From: Deltaproteobacteria bacterium
GTDB taxonomy: Bacteria > Myxococcota > JACRCW01
Length of the DNA stretch: 35,994 bases
Reading direction: 5' to 3'
Assembly: GCA_016218805.1 (NCBI GenBank)
Contig: JACRCW010000062.1
Location: 1-35,994 of the forward strand
Of this stretch, positions 18,772 through 27,923 are shown piece by piece. Below the pieces are notes generated by a model. It ran no database searches and had not been told where the DNA came from. It worked only from the letters and a program-made list of their open reading frames with translations. The translations under genes and the position numbers were made by a program. Position 1 is the first letter of the stretch. Each line of letters starts with the position of its first letter.

Positions 18772-19740
18772 ATGGTCACCGCAGCGTCGTCGCCGATGAT
18801 CCAGATCGACGGCCTTCGCAAGAGTTACGGAGCGTTCGAGGCCCTCAAGGGGCTGACGTTCGACGTGCCCCGCGGCCAGGTGGTCGGTTTCCTCGGCCCC
18901 AATGGCGCGGGCAAGTCCACCACCATGAAGATCCTTGCCGGCTACCTGGCACCCTCCGCCGGCGTGGCGCGCGTGGGCGGCGTGGACGTGACGGCGGACC
19001 CCGTCGCCACGCGGCGCATGATTGGGTACCTGCCGGAGAACAACCCGCTCTATGAGGACATGATGGTCCGCGAGTTCCTGGAATTCGCGGCGGACGTGCG
19101 CGGCATTCCCACCGGGGAACGCGGTCAGAAGATCCGCCACGCCGTGGAGCGCTGCGGCGTGGGCCCCGTGTGGGGCAAGGACATTGGCCAGCTGTCCAAG
19201 GGCTTCCGCCAGCGCGTGGGCTTTGCGCAGGCCATCCTGCACAACCCGGACCTGCTCATCCTGGACGAGCCCACCTCCGGCCTGGATCCCAACCAGATTG
19301 TGGAGATCCGGCACCTCATCAAGGAGCTGGGGCAGGAAAAGACCGTCATCATGTCCACGCACATCCTCCCGGAGGTGCAGGCCACGTGCTCGCGCGTGCT
19401 GATCATTGCGGCGGGGCAGGTGGTGGCGGATGACAGCCCGGAGCGCCTCACGGAGGGAGAAGGCGGCATTGTCACCGTGGTGGTGGCGCCCAAGAACGGC
19501 ACGCCGCTGGACGCCGGCCGCATCCGCGGGCTGTTCTCCGCGCTCCCGGGCGTGCAGGAGGTCAAGAACTCCGACGCTGAGGGCGAGGGCACGCTGGGGT
19601 TTGAAGTGCGCCACGGCAAGCAGGACCCGCGGCGCGGCCTGTTTGAGGCGGCGGTGCAGAACGGGATGATCCTGCTGGAACTGCGGCGCCGCCAGGTGAG
19701 CCTGGAAGAGACGTTCCGCCGCCTCACCACTGCCAAGTGA
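18772..19740 (+). CDS. ABC-2 type ATP-binding protein (GldA-like)
   Basis: Walker A GPNGAGKST, signature LSKGFRQRVG, Walker B LILDEPT and H-loop STHIL. Confidence 0.93.
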   Translation: MVTAASSPMIQIDGLRKSYGAFEALKGLTFDVPRGQVVGFLGPNGAGKSTTMKILAGYLAPSAGVARVGGVDVTADPVATRRMIGYLPENNPLYEDMMVREFLEFAADVRGIPTGERGQKIRHAVERCGVGPVWGKDIGQLSKGFRQRVGFAQAILHNPDLLILDEPTSGLDPNQIVEIRHLIKELGQEKTVIMSTHILPEVQATCSRVLIIAAGQVVADDSPERLTEGEGGIVTVVVAPKNGTPLDAGRIRGLFSALPGVQEVKNSDAEGEGTLGFEVRHGKQDPRRGLFEAAVQNGMILLELRRRQVSLEETFRRLTTAK

Positions 19741-19776
19741 CCTTTCTCATTGATTCGAATCACGGGGTTTGCCGAC

Positions 19777-22122
19777 ATGGGTAACGCACTTGCCATCACG
19801 CGCCGCGAACTGCGGACGTACTTCAACTCCCCCATTGCCTACATCGTCATTGGCGTGTTCCTGCTGGTGGCGGGCTGGCTGTACTTCTCCACGCTGTTCC
19901 TGATGGGCCGCGCCTCGCTGCGCGGGTTCTTTGGGATTGCGCCGGTGCTGTTTGTGGTGTTTGCCCCGGCCGTCACCATGCGCCTGGTGGCCGAAGAAAA
20001 GAAGAGCGGCACCCTGGAGCTGGTGATGACCATGCCGCTGAAGACCTGGGAGATCGTCGTCGGGAAGTTCCTGGCGGCGCTGGGCATGGTGGGCGTGGGG
20101 CTGTTGTTCACCCTGCCCTACGCGTTTGCGGTGAGTTCGCTGGTGGTGGATGGCAGCAAGTTTGACTGGGGCCCGGTGGCGGGCGGGTACATGGGCCTGG
20201 TGTTCATGGCGGGCGCGTTCCTGTCCATGGGGCTGTGGGCCAGTGCACTCAGCCGCAACCAGATTGTCGGGTTCATCCTGGGGCTGCTGCTGTGCTTTGC
20301 GTTCTATTTCGTGGACAAGTTTGCCATCCTGCTGCCGGAGACGCTGGGGGAGTTCTTTGAGTTCCTCTCGGTGGACTACCACTTTGAGAACATTGCGCGC
20401 GGCGTGATCGACACGCGCGACGTGGTCTTCTACGTGTCACTGACGACGGTCGGCGTGATGCTCACCATCCTCAAGCTGCATGACAACGAGACCGCCACCA
20501 ACCGGCGCAACTACGCGGTGGTGACGGCCGCGGTGGCCGGGAGCATGGTGCTGCTCAACATCATTGGATTGCGTGCGTTTGCCCGCGTGGACGTCACGCG
20601 GGACGGCATGTACACGCTGGCCCCCGCCAGCCGGGACACGGTGGTCGGCCTGGAGGAGGACGTCGTGGTCACGGCGTACTTCACGGAGAACCTGCCGGCG
20701 CCGTATTCGTCCAATGCGCGCTACGTGCGGGACCTGTTGGAGGAGTACCGCGCGGCCGGCAAGGGAAAGCTGAGCTTTGAGTTCATTGACCCGTCCGCCG
20801 CGGAGACGGAGGCGGACAAGGAGAAGCGCAAGGACGTCAAGCGGGACATCTTTGGCCGCGCGTTCCGTGAGCCCACCGCCATGGAGAAGGAGCTGGCGGC
20901 GTCCGGCATCCAGCCGGTGGAGATCCGCGTGGTGGAGCAGGACCAGGCGCAGACCAAGCGCGGGTACATGGGCATTGTCATCAAGTACCAGGAGAAGAAG
21001 GAGACCATCCCGGTGGTCCAGGAGACCCGGACGCTGGAATACGACCTCACCAGCCTCATCCGGAAGATGACGCGCCCCAAGCAGCCGGTGCTGGCCTTCC
21101 TCCAGGGCCATGACGAGCCCAAGATGGAGGAACGGCTGCAGAAGCTGAACTCGCTGCTGAGCCAGATGTACACCGTCAAGCCGCTGGAGCTGGCCGGCAA
21201 GGACAAGATTGATGACGACGTGGACGTGCTGTGGGTCCTGGGCCCCGGCAAGCCGCTGGCCCCCAACGAAGTGCGGGCAATTGACCAGTTTGTGATGGGC
21301 GGCAAGAGCGTGGCGTTCTTCCTGGACGCCATCCACGTGGACCCCAAGACGTTTGAGGGTCAGCCCACGGGCCACGGCCTGGCGTCCCTGCTGCAGACCT
21401 GGGGCGTGACGCTGGGAGACCAGCTGGTGGCGGACGTGCAGAGCGCGCAGCTCAACGTGCAGGAGCGCCGCGGCTTCATGATTGTCTCCATGCCCGTTCC
21501 CTACCCGTTTGTTCCCATGCTGCAGCGCCTGGAGGGTGACAGCCCGCTGGCCGCCGGCATCACCGGCATCACGCTGCCGTTCACCACCGCCGTGACGGTG
21601 GCGCCGGTGGAGGGCGTCAAGGCCACGGTGCTGGCGCGCTCGTCCAAGAAGAGCTGGCTGGAAAACAAGCCCTTCAACACGGACCCGCGCCGGGACTGGC
21701 GGAGTGAGACCATCACGCCGTCCGGACCGTATGACCTGATGGTGGAACTGCAGGGAACGTTCAAGAGCCACTACGCGTCTGACGCCACCATGTCCACAGG
21801 CGGCACCCCGCCCAAGGCGGAGAGCACCGGCACGCCGCGCATCATTGTGGCCGGCGGCAGCGCATTTGCGCATGACGACTTCATGGCGCGCTCCAACCAG
21901 GCGCTGGCGCTCAACGTGGCGGACTGGCTGGCGCTGGACCCGGCGCTGCTGGCCATCCGTTCCCGCGGGCTCACCGAGCCGCCGCTGCAGGAAGACCTCT
22001 CCGACGCCACGCGCAACGGCGTGAAGTTTGGCAACGTGCTGGGGATGCCGGCGCTGCTGGCGCTTTACGGCCTGATCCGCTGGCGCATGCGCGAGGGCAG
22101 CCGCGCGCTTGCACTGGCCTGA
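19777..22122 (+). CDS. Fused ABC-2 permease (GldF-like) and GldG/ABC auxiliary (GIFT) domain protein
   Basis: RRELRTYFNSPIAY, EEKKSGTLELVMT, GKFL and RGVIDTRDVVFY are permease motifs. In the same frame follow RVDVTRDGMYTL, EYDLT, FLQGHDE, IDQFVMGG and NQALALNVADWL (GldG). Confidence 0.85.
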   Translation: MGNALAITRRELRTYFNSPIAYIVIGVFLLVAGWLYFSTLFLMGRASLRGFFGIAPVLFVVFAPAVTMRLVAEEKKSGTLELVMTMPLKTWEIVVGKFLAALGMVGVGLLFTLPYAFAVSSLVVDGSKFDWGPVAGGYMGLVFMAGAFLSMGLWASALSRNQIVGFILGLLLCFAFYFVDKFAILLPETLGEFFEFLSVDYHFENIARGVIDTRDVVFYVSLTTVGVMLTILKLHDNETATNRRNYAVVTAAVAGSMVLLNIIGLRAFARVDVTRDGMYTLAPASRDTVVGLEEDVVVTAYFTENLPAPYSSNARYVRDLLEEYRAAGKGKLSFEFIDPSAAETEADKEKRKDVKRDIFGRAFREPTAMEKELAASGIQPVEIRVVEQDQAQTKRGYMGIVIKYQEKKETIPVVQETRTLEYDLTSLIRKMTRPKQPVLAFLQGHDEPKMEERLQKLNSLLSQMYTVKPLELAGKDKIDDDVDVLWVLGPGKPLAPNEVRAIDQFVMGGKSVAFFLDAIHVDPKTFEGQPTGHGLASLLQTWGVTLGDQLVADVQSAQLNVQERRGFMIVSMPVPYPFVPMLQRLEGDSPLAAGITGITLPFTTAVTVAPVEGVKATVLARSSKKSWLENKPFNTDPRRDWRSETITPSGPYDLMVELQGTFKSHYASDATMSTGGTPPKAESTGTPRIIVAGGSAFAHDDFMARSNQALALNVADWLALDPALLAIRSRGLTEPPLQEDLSDATRNGVKFGNVLGMPALLALYGLIRWRMREGSRALALA

Positions 22123-22148
22123 TTTCCGACGACACCAGGGTGAAGCCT

Positions 22149-23882
22149 ATGAAGAACAAGGGAGCCATGATCGCAGTCGCCGTGTTTGGCGCGCTGCTCA
22201 TTGTTGTTCTGGCCACGCGCGAAAAGCAGGTGAGCGTGGGCATCCGCAAGATGGACGTGAAGACCGTGGACAAGGACAAGGTCACGGGCTTTGAGATGTC
22301 CGGCGCCAAGGCCGCCGTCCTGCGCAAGGAAGGTGACCTGTGGCTGGTGTCTGACCCGGCCAAGGCGGACAAGAAGTTCCCCGTGGATGACTACGCCATC
22401 AAGAGCGCCGTGGACGCGGTGGCCGAGCTGACGCGCAGCGCAGACTTTGTCACGGACAAGGCGGACAAACACGCGGAATACGAAGTGGACGACGCCAAGG
22501 GCCTGCGCGTGCGGGTGGCCACGGCGGAGGGCACGCCGCTGGACCTGGTGTTTGGCAAGTTTGCCAAGGGTGGCGGCACGTACGTCCGGCAGGCCGGCGA
22601 CAACGCGGTGTTCTCCACCAAGGCGCGCCTGGGGTCCCTGCTCAAGAAGGACGTGGCGCAGTGGCGCAAGCGCCAGCTGATGACCGCCAAGGCGGAGGAC
22701 TTCAAGGAGGCCACGCTCAAGACCGCCAAGGGGGACGGGTTCACGTTTGTCTCTGATGACGGCAAGGAGTGGAAGCTCAAGGAGGGCACGGTCACGCCGG
22801 CGGGGTTCCGGTTTGACAGCGCGGCGGCCGGGCGGCTGGGGTCCAACATTGCCAACCTGCGCGCGCAGGAGTTCCTGGAGGCCGGCCAGGGGGATGACGC
22901 GGCGCTGGCGCTGGACGCCGCCCACGACGAGGTCATTGCCACGCAAAAGGACGGCAAGGTCATCACCGTGCACGTGGGCCGCGAGCTGGATGCCAAGATT
23001 GGCGCCGCATGCTTCCCGCTGAAGAACAATTTCGATGCGATTGACACCGCGGGCACCAAGGACGGGCGCATCACGCCGGAAGACCTGACCGCCGCCGCCG
23101 CGGACAAGACGCGCGCCGAAGACGTGAAGAAGGCCATTGAGGCCGCGCTCAACCCGGAGTTCTTTGCCGTGCTGGATACGGGCGCGTGGGGCTTCAAGCC
23201 CAAGGACGGCGCGCTCACCCAGGATGACCTGGAGGCCGCGCAGAAGACCGCCACGCTGGTGCCGGTGCGCGTCGTCGGGGATGCGCAGATCTACCTGGTG
23301 CCGCAGTACTCGGTGCAGCAGGTGCGCAAGAAACTCACCGACTACCGCGACCTGGGCGTGCTGGCGTTTGACCTGGACAAGGTCCGCAAAGTCACCATCA
23401 ACGTGGGCAAGAAGACCGTGGCGCAGAAGGACGGCGCGGAATGGAAGATTGTGGAGCCCAAGGAGCTGCCCCCCGGGTTTGAGTTTGAAGGCACCCAGGT
23501 GCAAAGCCAGCTCACCATGCTCAAGAACCTCAAGGCCTCCCGCCTGGTGGAACCCGCGCTGCCCGACGCGCAGACCGGGCTCAACAAGCCCGTGGGCACC
23601 ATTGAGCTGGAACTGGAGGACAAGACGGTGGTCAGCCTGCGGTTTGGCAAGGACACCACCAATGACAAGGGCGCCAAGGAGGTGTTTGTGCGCGGCAACG
23701 CGGACGGCGCGCTCTACGCCGCCGGCGAATACCTCAAGAAGCGCTATGAGAACGGCGTGGAGGTGTTCCGCAAACCCAAGCCGCCACCCAACATGGGCGG
23801 CATGGGCGGCATGAACGGCCTGGAGAGCCTCCCCCCGGACGTCCGCAAGAAGCTGGAAGCCCAGCTCAAGAACGCCCGCTGA
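22149..23882 (+). CDS. DUF4340-domain membrane-anchored protein with internal EF-hand-like insert
   Basis: N-terminal TM helix, three repeated units (W...P...D...V...L.L.A..F...YGL-like, YVR), and the usual position after GldG. Confidence 0.75.
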   Translation: MKNKGAMIAVAVFGALLIVVLATREKQVSVGIRKMDVKTVDKDKVTGFEMSGAKAAVLRKEGDLWLVSDPAKADKKFPVDDYAIKSAVDAVAELTRSADFVTDKADKHAEYEVDDAKGLRVRVATAEGTPLDLVFGKFAKGGGTYVRQAGDNAVFSTKARLGSLLKKDVAQWRKRQLMTAKAEDFKEATLKTAKGDGFTFVSDDGKEWKLKEGTVTPAGFRFDSAAAGRLGSNIANLRAQEFLEAGQGDDAALALDAAHDEVIATQKDGKVITVHVGRELDAKIGAACFPLKNNFDAIDTAGTKDGRITPEDLTAAAADKTRAEDVKKAIEAALNPEFFAVLDTGAWGFKPKDGALTQDDLEAAQKTATLVPVRVVGDAQIYLVPQYSVQQVRKKLTDYRDLGVLAFDLDKVRKVTINVGKKTVAQKDGAEWKIVEPKELPPGFEFEGTQVQSQLTMLKNLKASRLVEPALPDAQTGLNKPVGTIELELEDKTVVSLRFGKDTTNDKGAKEVFVRGNADGALYAAGEYLKKRYENGVEVFRKPKPPPNMGGMGGMNGLESLPPDVRKKLEAQLKNAR

Positions 23883-23958
23883 CGGGTTTGGCGTTCTTAC
23901 CACCCGGCCGCACCGGGAGGCGGGTTGTCACCGCCACGGCCGACATGTATGGACTCCC

Positions 23959-24369
23959 ATGGAGGTGCGGTCCATGGCCATCAGCGCGTGGTGGGGTCTG
24001 GCGGCGGTGCTTGGGGCGGCGGAGCCGGGTCCCCCGGTCACCACCGCCACGGCGGACGGCAAAGGGACCATTGCGGTCCACCTGGTCTACTTTGCTGAAC
24101 ACACGTGCATGGCGTTCAGCAGCGTGCGCGAAGGCCACCCCCCGTCCATTGACCCGCCCCGGCGGACGCCGACGGTCACGGTGGTCCTGGACCGCGAGGC
24201 GGGCAGCCGCTGTGAACAGAAGCTGAAGCGCCTGGAGCAGGTGGTCAGCATTGCGGACCGCCCGGGCGCGCTGTCCGTAGAGGTCCTCTACGTGGACAAG
24301 ACCGGCCGGTTCATCCGCTCCTCGCGCCCGCCCATTGCGCGGCCAGGGGATGACCAGGAGATTCAATAG
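23959..24369 (+). CDS. Small exported hypothetical protein with one Cys pair
   Basis: Hydrophobic N-terminus (WWGLAAVLGA), GC3-rich codons and two cysteines. The start may be at 23974. Confidence 0.6.
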   Translation: MEVRSMAISAWWGLAAVLGAAEPGPPVTTATADGKGTIAVHLVYFAEHTCMAFSSVREGHPPSIDPPRRTPTVTVVLDREAGSRCEQKLKRLEQVVSIADRPGALSVEVLYVDKTGRFIRSSRPPIARPGDDQEIQ

Positions 24370-24378
24370 CGTCTCTTT

Positions 24379-26109
24379 TCACGGGCGCGGGAAGCGCACC
24401 GGGTGCGGATAGGGGAACAGGTCCGCCAACGCGCCCGCACGCACGCCCGCCTGCGTCTGTTGCCACCATTCGGGCTCGCACAATTCCGGGTGTTCCTCGC
24501 GGAACATCTGCCGCGCCTCCGGGTCCGCGAACATGAACGTGGGGAACTCCTCCGGGAACAGGTCCTGGGCCCCCACGCCAAACCACGGTTCCAACAGGCC
24601 TTCGTCCGCGCCCTCGGGGAGGCGGCGGAAATTGCACGCCGTCAGCGGGCAGAGCTCGTCATAGTCATAGAAGACCACGCGCCCATAGCGCGTGACCCCA
24701 AAGTTCTTCAGCATCAGGTCACCCGGGAAGATGTCCGCCGCGGCCAGCTCCTTGAGACAGTCGCCAATGCCGCGGATGACGTCGCGCTTCTCCGGGCCGG
24801 TCACTTCGCGCAGGTGCAGGTCCAGCGGGGTGACGCGCCGCTCAATGTACAGGTGCGTGACAATGCGCCGGTCCTTCTGCAGCTCCAGCGCCGAAGGCGC
24901 CTTGCGTGCAAACTGCTCCAAAAGCGCGTGGTCAAACCGGCCCGCGGGCAGCGGCACGTCAGAGAACTCCAGCGTGTCCGCCAGACGCCCCACGCGGTCA
25001 TGCAGCTTCACGTAGTTGTAGCGCTCACGCACGGCGTCCGGCGTGGTCTCCTTGGGCGGGTCAAACTGGTCCCGGATGACCTTGAACACGTACGGGAAGC
25101 TGGGGAGCGTGAAGACCAGCATCACCATCCCGTGCGTCCCGGGCGCCACCACAAAGTGGTCCTCTGAGTGCCGCAGGTGCGCCTGCAGGTCCCGGTAGAA
25201 CAGCGTCTTGCCCTGCTTCTGCAGGCCCAGCATGGTGTACAGCTCCGCGCGCGGCTTGCGCGGCATCATGGCCTGCAGGAATGAGACGTACGCCGCGGGC
25301 ACCTCCATATCCACCATGAAGTACGCGCGGCCCAGGCTGAACACGGAGGCAATGTCCGCCGGGTCCAGCAGCAGCGCGTCCACAAACAGTTGGCGGCGGC
25401 CGTTGTGCAGCAGCGGGATGGCAAACGGGCATTCCGTGGCGCCGTGCAGGATCCGCCCCACCAGATAGGCGGCCTTGTTGCGGAAGAACGGGCTGCGCAG
25501 CAGCTGCAGTTGCGCGTTGTCCGGGAGCACCGCGGGCAGCGCACCGCGGCGGCGCAGGGCGTCATGAAGCCGGTCCACGTCACGGTCCAGGTCCTCAAAC
25601 CGGTTCTTCAGCTGCGCGCTGTGCAGGATGTTGCGCAGCACGCGCCGCAGGTCCCCGCTGCGCGGATAGAACGCGCGGTAGGTGGGCTCCGTCCCGTCCA
25701 GGTGCTCCGTGCTGATGGCCGGGCGCACAAACATGTGCGCGTTGTTGAAATAGCGGTGATTCAACACGCGCGTGGATACCGAGTTGAAAAACGTCTCCGC
25801 GCATTCCGGCTGCAGGTGCCCGTACAGCAGGCCCATGTACGCGTGCTTGGCGTCCGGCCACAGCCGCTCCGGGACGCCACGGGGGAAACGGCGTTGCAGG
25901 GCGGCCACGCCTTCGCGCACGCGCTGGTCATACATGTGCACGCGGGTGGCGTGCGCCGCAATGACCTCCGTCCACGCGGCCCGTTCAAAGCGATCCCGCG
26001 CCGCCGCGCTGATGGCGCGAAACATCCGGTAGTGCTTGTCAAAGCCGGCCAGGATGGTCCGCGCCACGGTGAGCGCGGTGGGATCCCGGGAGGCGCGGGG
26101 GCGGGCCAT
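24379..26109 (-). CDS. aceK: Bifunctional isocitrate dehydrogenase kinase/phosphatase
   Basis: AETFFNSV, FFRNKAAYLVG, APGTHGMVMLVFTLPS, HDRVGRLADT and FPGDLMLKNFGVTRYGRVVFYDYDE. Confidence 0.95.
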   Translation of the reverse strand: MARPRASRDPTALTVARTILAGFDKHYRMFRAISAAARDRFERAAWTEVIAAHATRVHMYDQRVREGVAALQRRFPRGVPERLWPDAKHAYMGLLYGHLQPECAETFFNSVSTRVLNHRYFNNAHMFVRPAISTEHLDGTEPTYRAFYPRSGDLRRVLRNILHSAQLKNRFEDLDRDVDRLHDALRRRGALPAVLPDNAQLQLLRSPFFRNKAAYLVGRILHGATECPFAIPLLHNGRRQLFVDALLLDPADIASVFSLGRAYFMVDMEVPAAYVSFLQAMMPRKPRAELYTMLGLQKQGKTLFYRDLQAHLRHSEDHFVVAPGTHGMVMLVFTLPSFPYVFKVIRDQFDPPKETTPDAVRERYNYVKLHDRVGRLADTLEFSDVPLPAGRFDHALLEQFARKAPSALELQKDRRIVTHLYIERRVTPLDLHLREVTGPEKRDVIRGIGDCLKELAAADIFPGDLMLKNFGVTRYGRVVFYDYDELCPLTACNFRRLPEGADEGLLEPWFGVGAQDLFPEEFPTFMFADPEARQMFREEHPELCEPEWWQQTQAGVRAGALADLFPYPHPVRFPRP

Positions 26110-26196
26110 GGGCGGACGCGTATCACAACGCGCGTCCCGGGTTGGCAGCAGGGAGTGCGGGCTGGTATCTGAGGGCCACTTCAACCGGGGGTTCCC

Positions 26197-27387
26197 ATGC
26201 GCCGTGCAAGTGCCTTCCTCGTCGTCAACCTGACTGCGTTCCTGGCGTGCTCCGGGGGCGGAGACCCGGAAAGCGGGGATGGCAGCAGCAGTTCCGGGGG
26301 CACCGCGTCGTCATCGTCCTCCTCTTCGTCGTCGTCCACCGGAGGGTCCTCCTCCTCCTCCTCCTCCTCCACTTCCTCCTCCTCCTCCTCTTCCACCACG
26401 GGCGGTTCGTCGTCCTCGTCGTCAACCGGCGGATCGTCCTCATCCTCCACCGGCGGATCGTCTTCGTCCTCGTCGTCCTCTTCCTCCTCCACGTCCGGGG
26501 GAAGCAGTTCGTCGTCGTCGTCATCCAGTTCCACGGGCGGCCCCAGTGTGAACCTGGCGGAGACCAGGAGCGCGTTCCTTGTGGGCGCCACCGGCGTGGA
26601 CCTTCCCACCGCCACCTCCGCGCTGTGCGTCCAGGCGGTGGCGCTGGCCACGCAGGCCACGGGCGCCACCACGGTGGTGGGCACGCTCACGGAATCCGCC
26701 GCCGGCTCCCGCCAGTTCACCTATGCCGCCACGCCCACGGACCGGCTGCGCATCACCTGGGGGGACGGCACCATCAATGAGTTCACCATCACCACGCTGC
26801 AATCCATGGCGACCACGTACGACGCGTTCTTTGATGCGGACTTTGCCATTGCGTACCGGTTTGTGAAGCCGGGGGACACGGACCTCACCGTCAACGGCAG
26901 CCGGTCCAATGGCACGCTGAGCGGAAGCGTGCAGGGGTCCTTCACGCTGGAAGGCGTCCTTTACACAGTGCAGGGGAACCGCACGGGCACCGTGGTGGCG
27001 GCGGTGGACTCGGGCTACGCGGAGAGCACCAGCGAGGAAACCACCACGGGCACGCTCACCGCCACCGGGTTCTCCGAGACGCTCAACGAATACCGCCTGG
27101 GTCACGTGCTCGTGTACAACGGCGTCACCACGCAGAACTACCAGCGGCACACCTCGTCTTCCTGGACGCGGGGCGGCGTGGCGTTTGCGTTTGTCAACGC
27201 GCGCGTGCACCGCGCCTACGTGAACATGCGCCCCGGGGATGCCGCCTACTGGCTGGCGGACGGCGCGCTGCTGCGCGAAGGCGTCCAGGTGGGCGGCGTG
27301 TCCATGCAGAACAACGGCGTCACCATTGACGTGGTGCTGACGGTGGACGGGCAGACGCAGATCCTGGAGCAATACCCGGCGCAGTGA
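26197..27387 (+). CDS. Lipoprotein with long Ser/Gly linker and beta-rich domain, function unknown
   Basis: Lipobox FLAC, about 85 aa of repeated (T/S)GG-S(n), then a Thr-rich beta-strand domain. Confidence 0.75.
   Translation: MRRASAFLVVNLTAFLACSGGGDPESGDGSSSSGGTASSSSSSSSSSTGGSSSSSSSSTSSSSSSSTTGGSSSSSSTGGSSSSSTGGSSSSSSSSSSSTSGGSSSSSSSSSSTGGPSVNLAETRSAFLVGATGVDLPTATSALCVQAVALATQATGATTVVGTLTESAAGSRQFTYAATPTDRLRITWGDGTINEFTITTLQSMATTYDAFFDADFAIAYRFVKPGDTDLTVNGSRSNGTLSGSVQGSFTLEGVLYTVQGNRTGTVVAAVDSGYAESTSEETTTGTLTATGFSETLNEYRLGHVLVYNGVTTQNYQRHTSSSWTRGGVAFAFVNARVHRAYVNMRPGDAAYWLADGALLREGVQVGGVSMQNNGVTIDVVLTVDGQTQILEQYPAQ
26281..26540 (+). repeat. Low-complexity TCC/TCG tract encoding (TGG-Ser5-11)n
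   Basis: Directly visible poly-Ser codon runs separated by ACC/ACG-GGC-GG. Confidence 0.85.
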
Positions 27388-27455
27388 GCCCGCGCAGTGG
27401 CGCGGCGTTCTCCGCGGAGGTAGAGGCGGCACAACCCGCTTTCCCGGAGGACCTG

Positions 27456-27911
27456 ATGACCCGTCACACCCTGTTCGCCGTGTGTATCCTGGCACTTGTT
27501 CCCGCGCTGGCGTCCGCGCAACGCGTGAAAATCAAGACGCCGCAGGGCAACTACAGCGTGGAGGTGGACCCCGGCACGGATGACGACGACCGGCCGGCCC
27601 CCGCGCCGGCACCCGCGGCGGGACGCGCCATGGGGTCCGCCCAGTTTGACAAGCTGGTGGCGGCGATTGAAAAGACGTCCTTTGACGAAAAGAAGCTCAT
27701 TCCGCTGCGCTCGGCGGCGTCCGCCAACTGGTTCACCGCGGCGCAGGTGGGCCGCCTGGTGGACCTGTTCAGCTTTGGGCAGCAACGCCTCAAGTGCGTG
27801 GAAATCGTGCGCGGGCGGATTGTGGACCCGGAGAACAACTTCACCATCTATGAGCACTTCACCTTCTCGTCCGAGAAGGACAAGGCGCAGAAGATCCTGG
27901 AAGGCGGTTGA
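27456..27911 (+). CDS. Secreted DUF4476-domain protein
   Basis: GGAGG at 27446-27450; signal peptide (ASA-Q); AM...QFDKLV...SFDEKKL...FTAAQV...FSF...RL...IVDPEN...FTFSSEK pattern. Confidence 0.8.
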   Translation: MTRHTLFAVCILALVPALASAQRVKIKTPQGNYSVEVDPGTDDDDRPAPAPAPAAGRAMGSAQFDKLVAAIEKTSFDEKKLIPLRSAASANWFTAAQVGRLVDLFSFGQQRLKCVEIVRGRIVDPENNFTIYEHFTFSSEKDKAQKILEGG

Positions 27912-27923
27912 GGCGGCGGCGGT

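Noticed and set aside
18772..22122. A hybrid of Bacteroidota Gld and myxobacterial Glt gliding systems
   Set aside because: GldA/F/G-like ABC systems are widespread in non-gliding bacteria, no GldK-N or SprB genes are present, and the loci are 10 kb apart.
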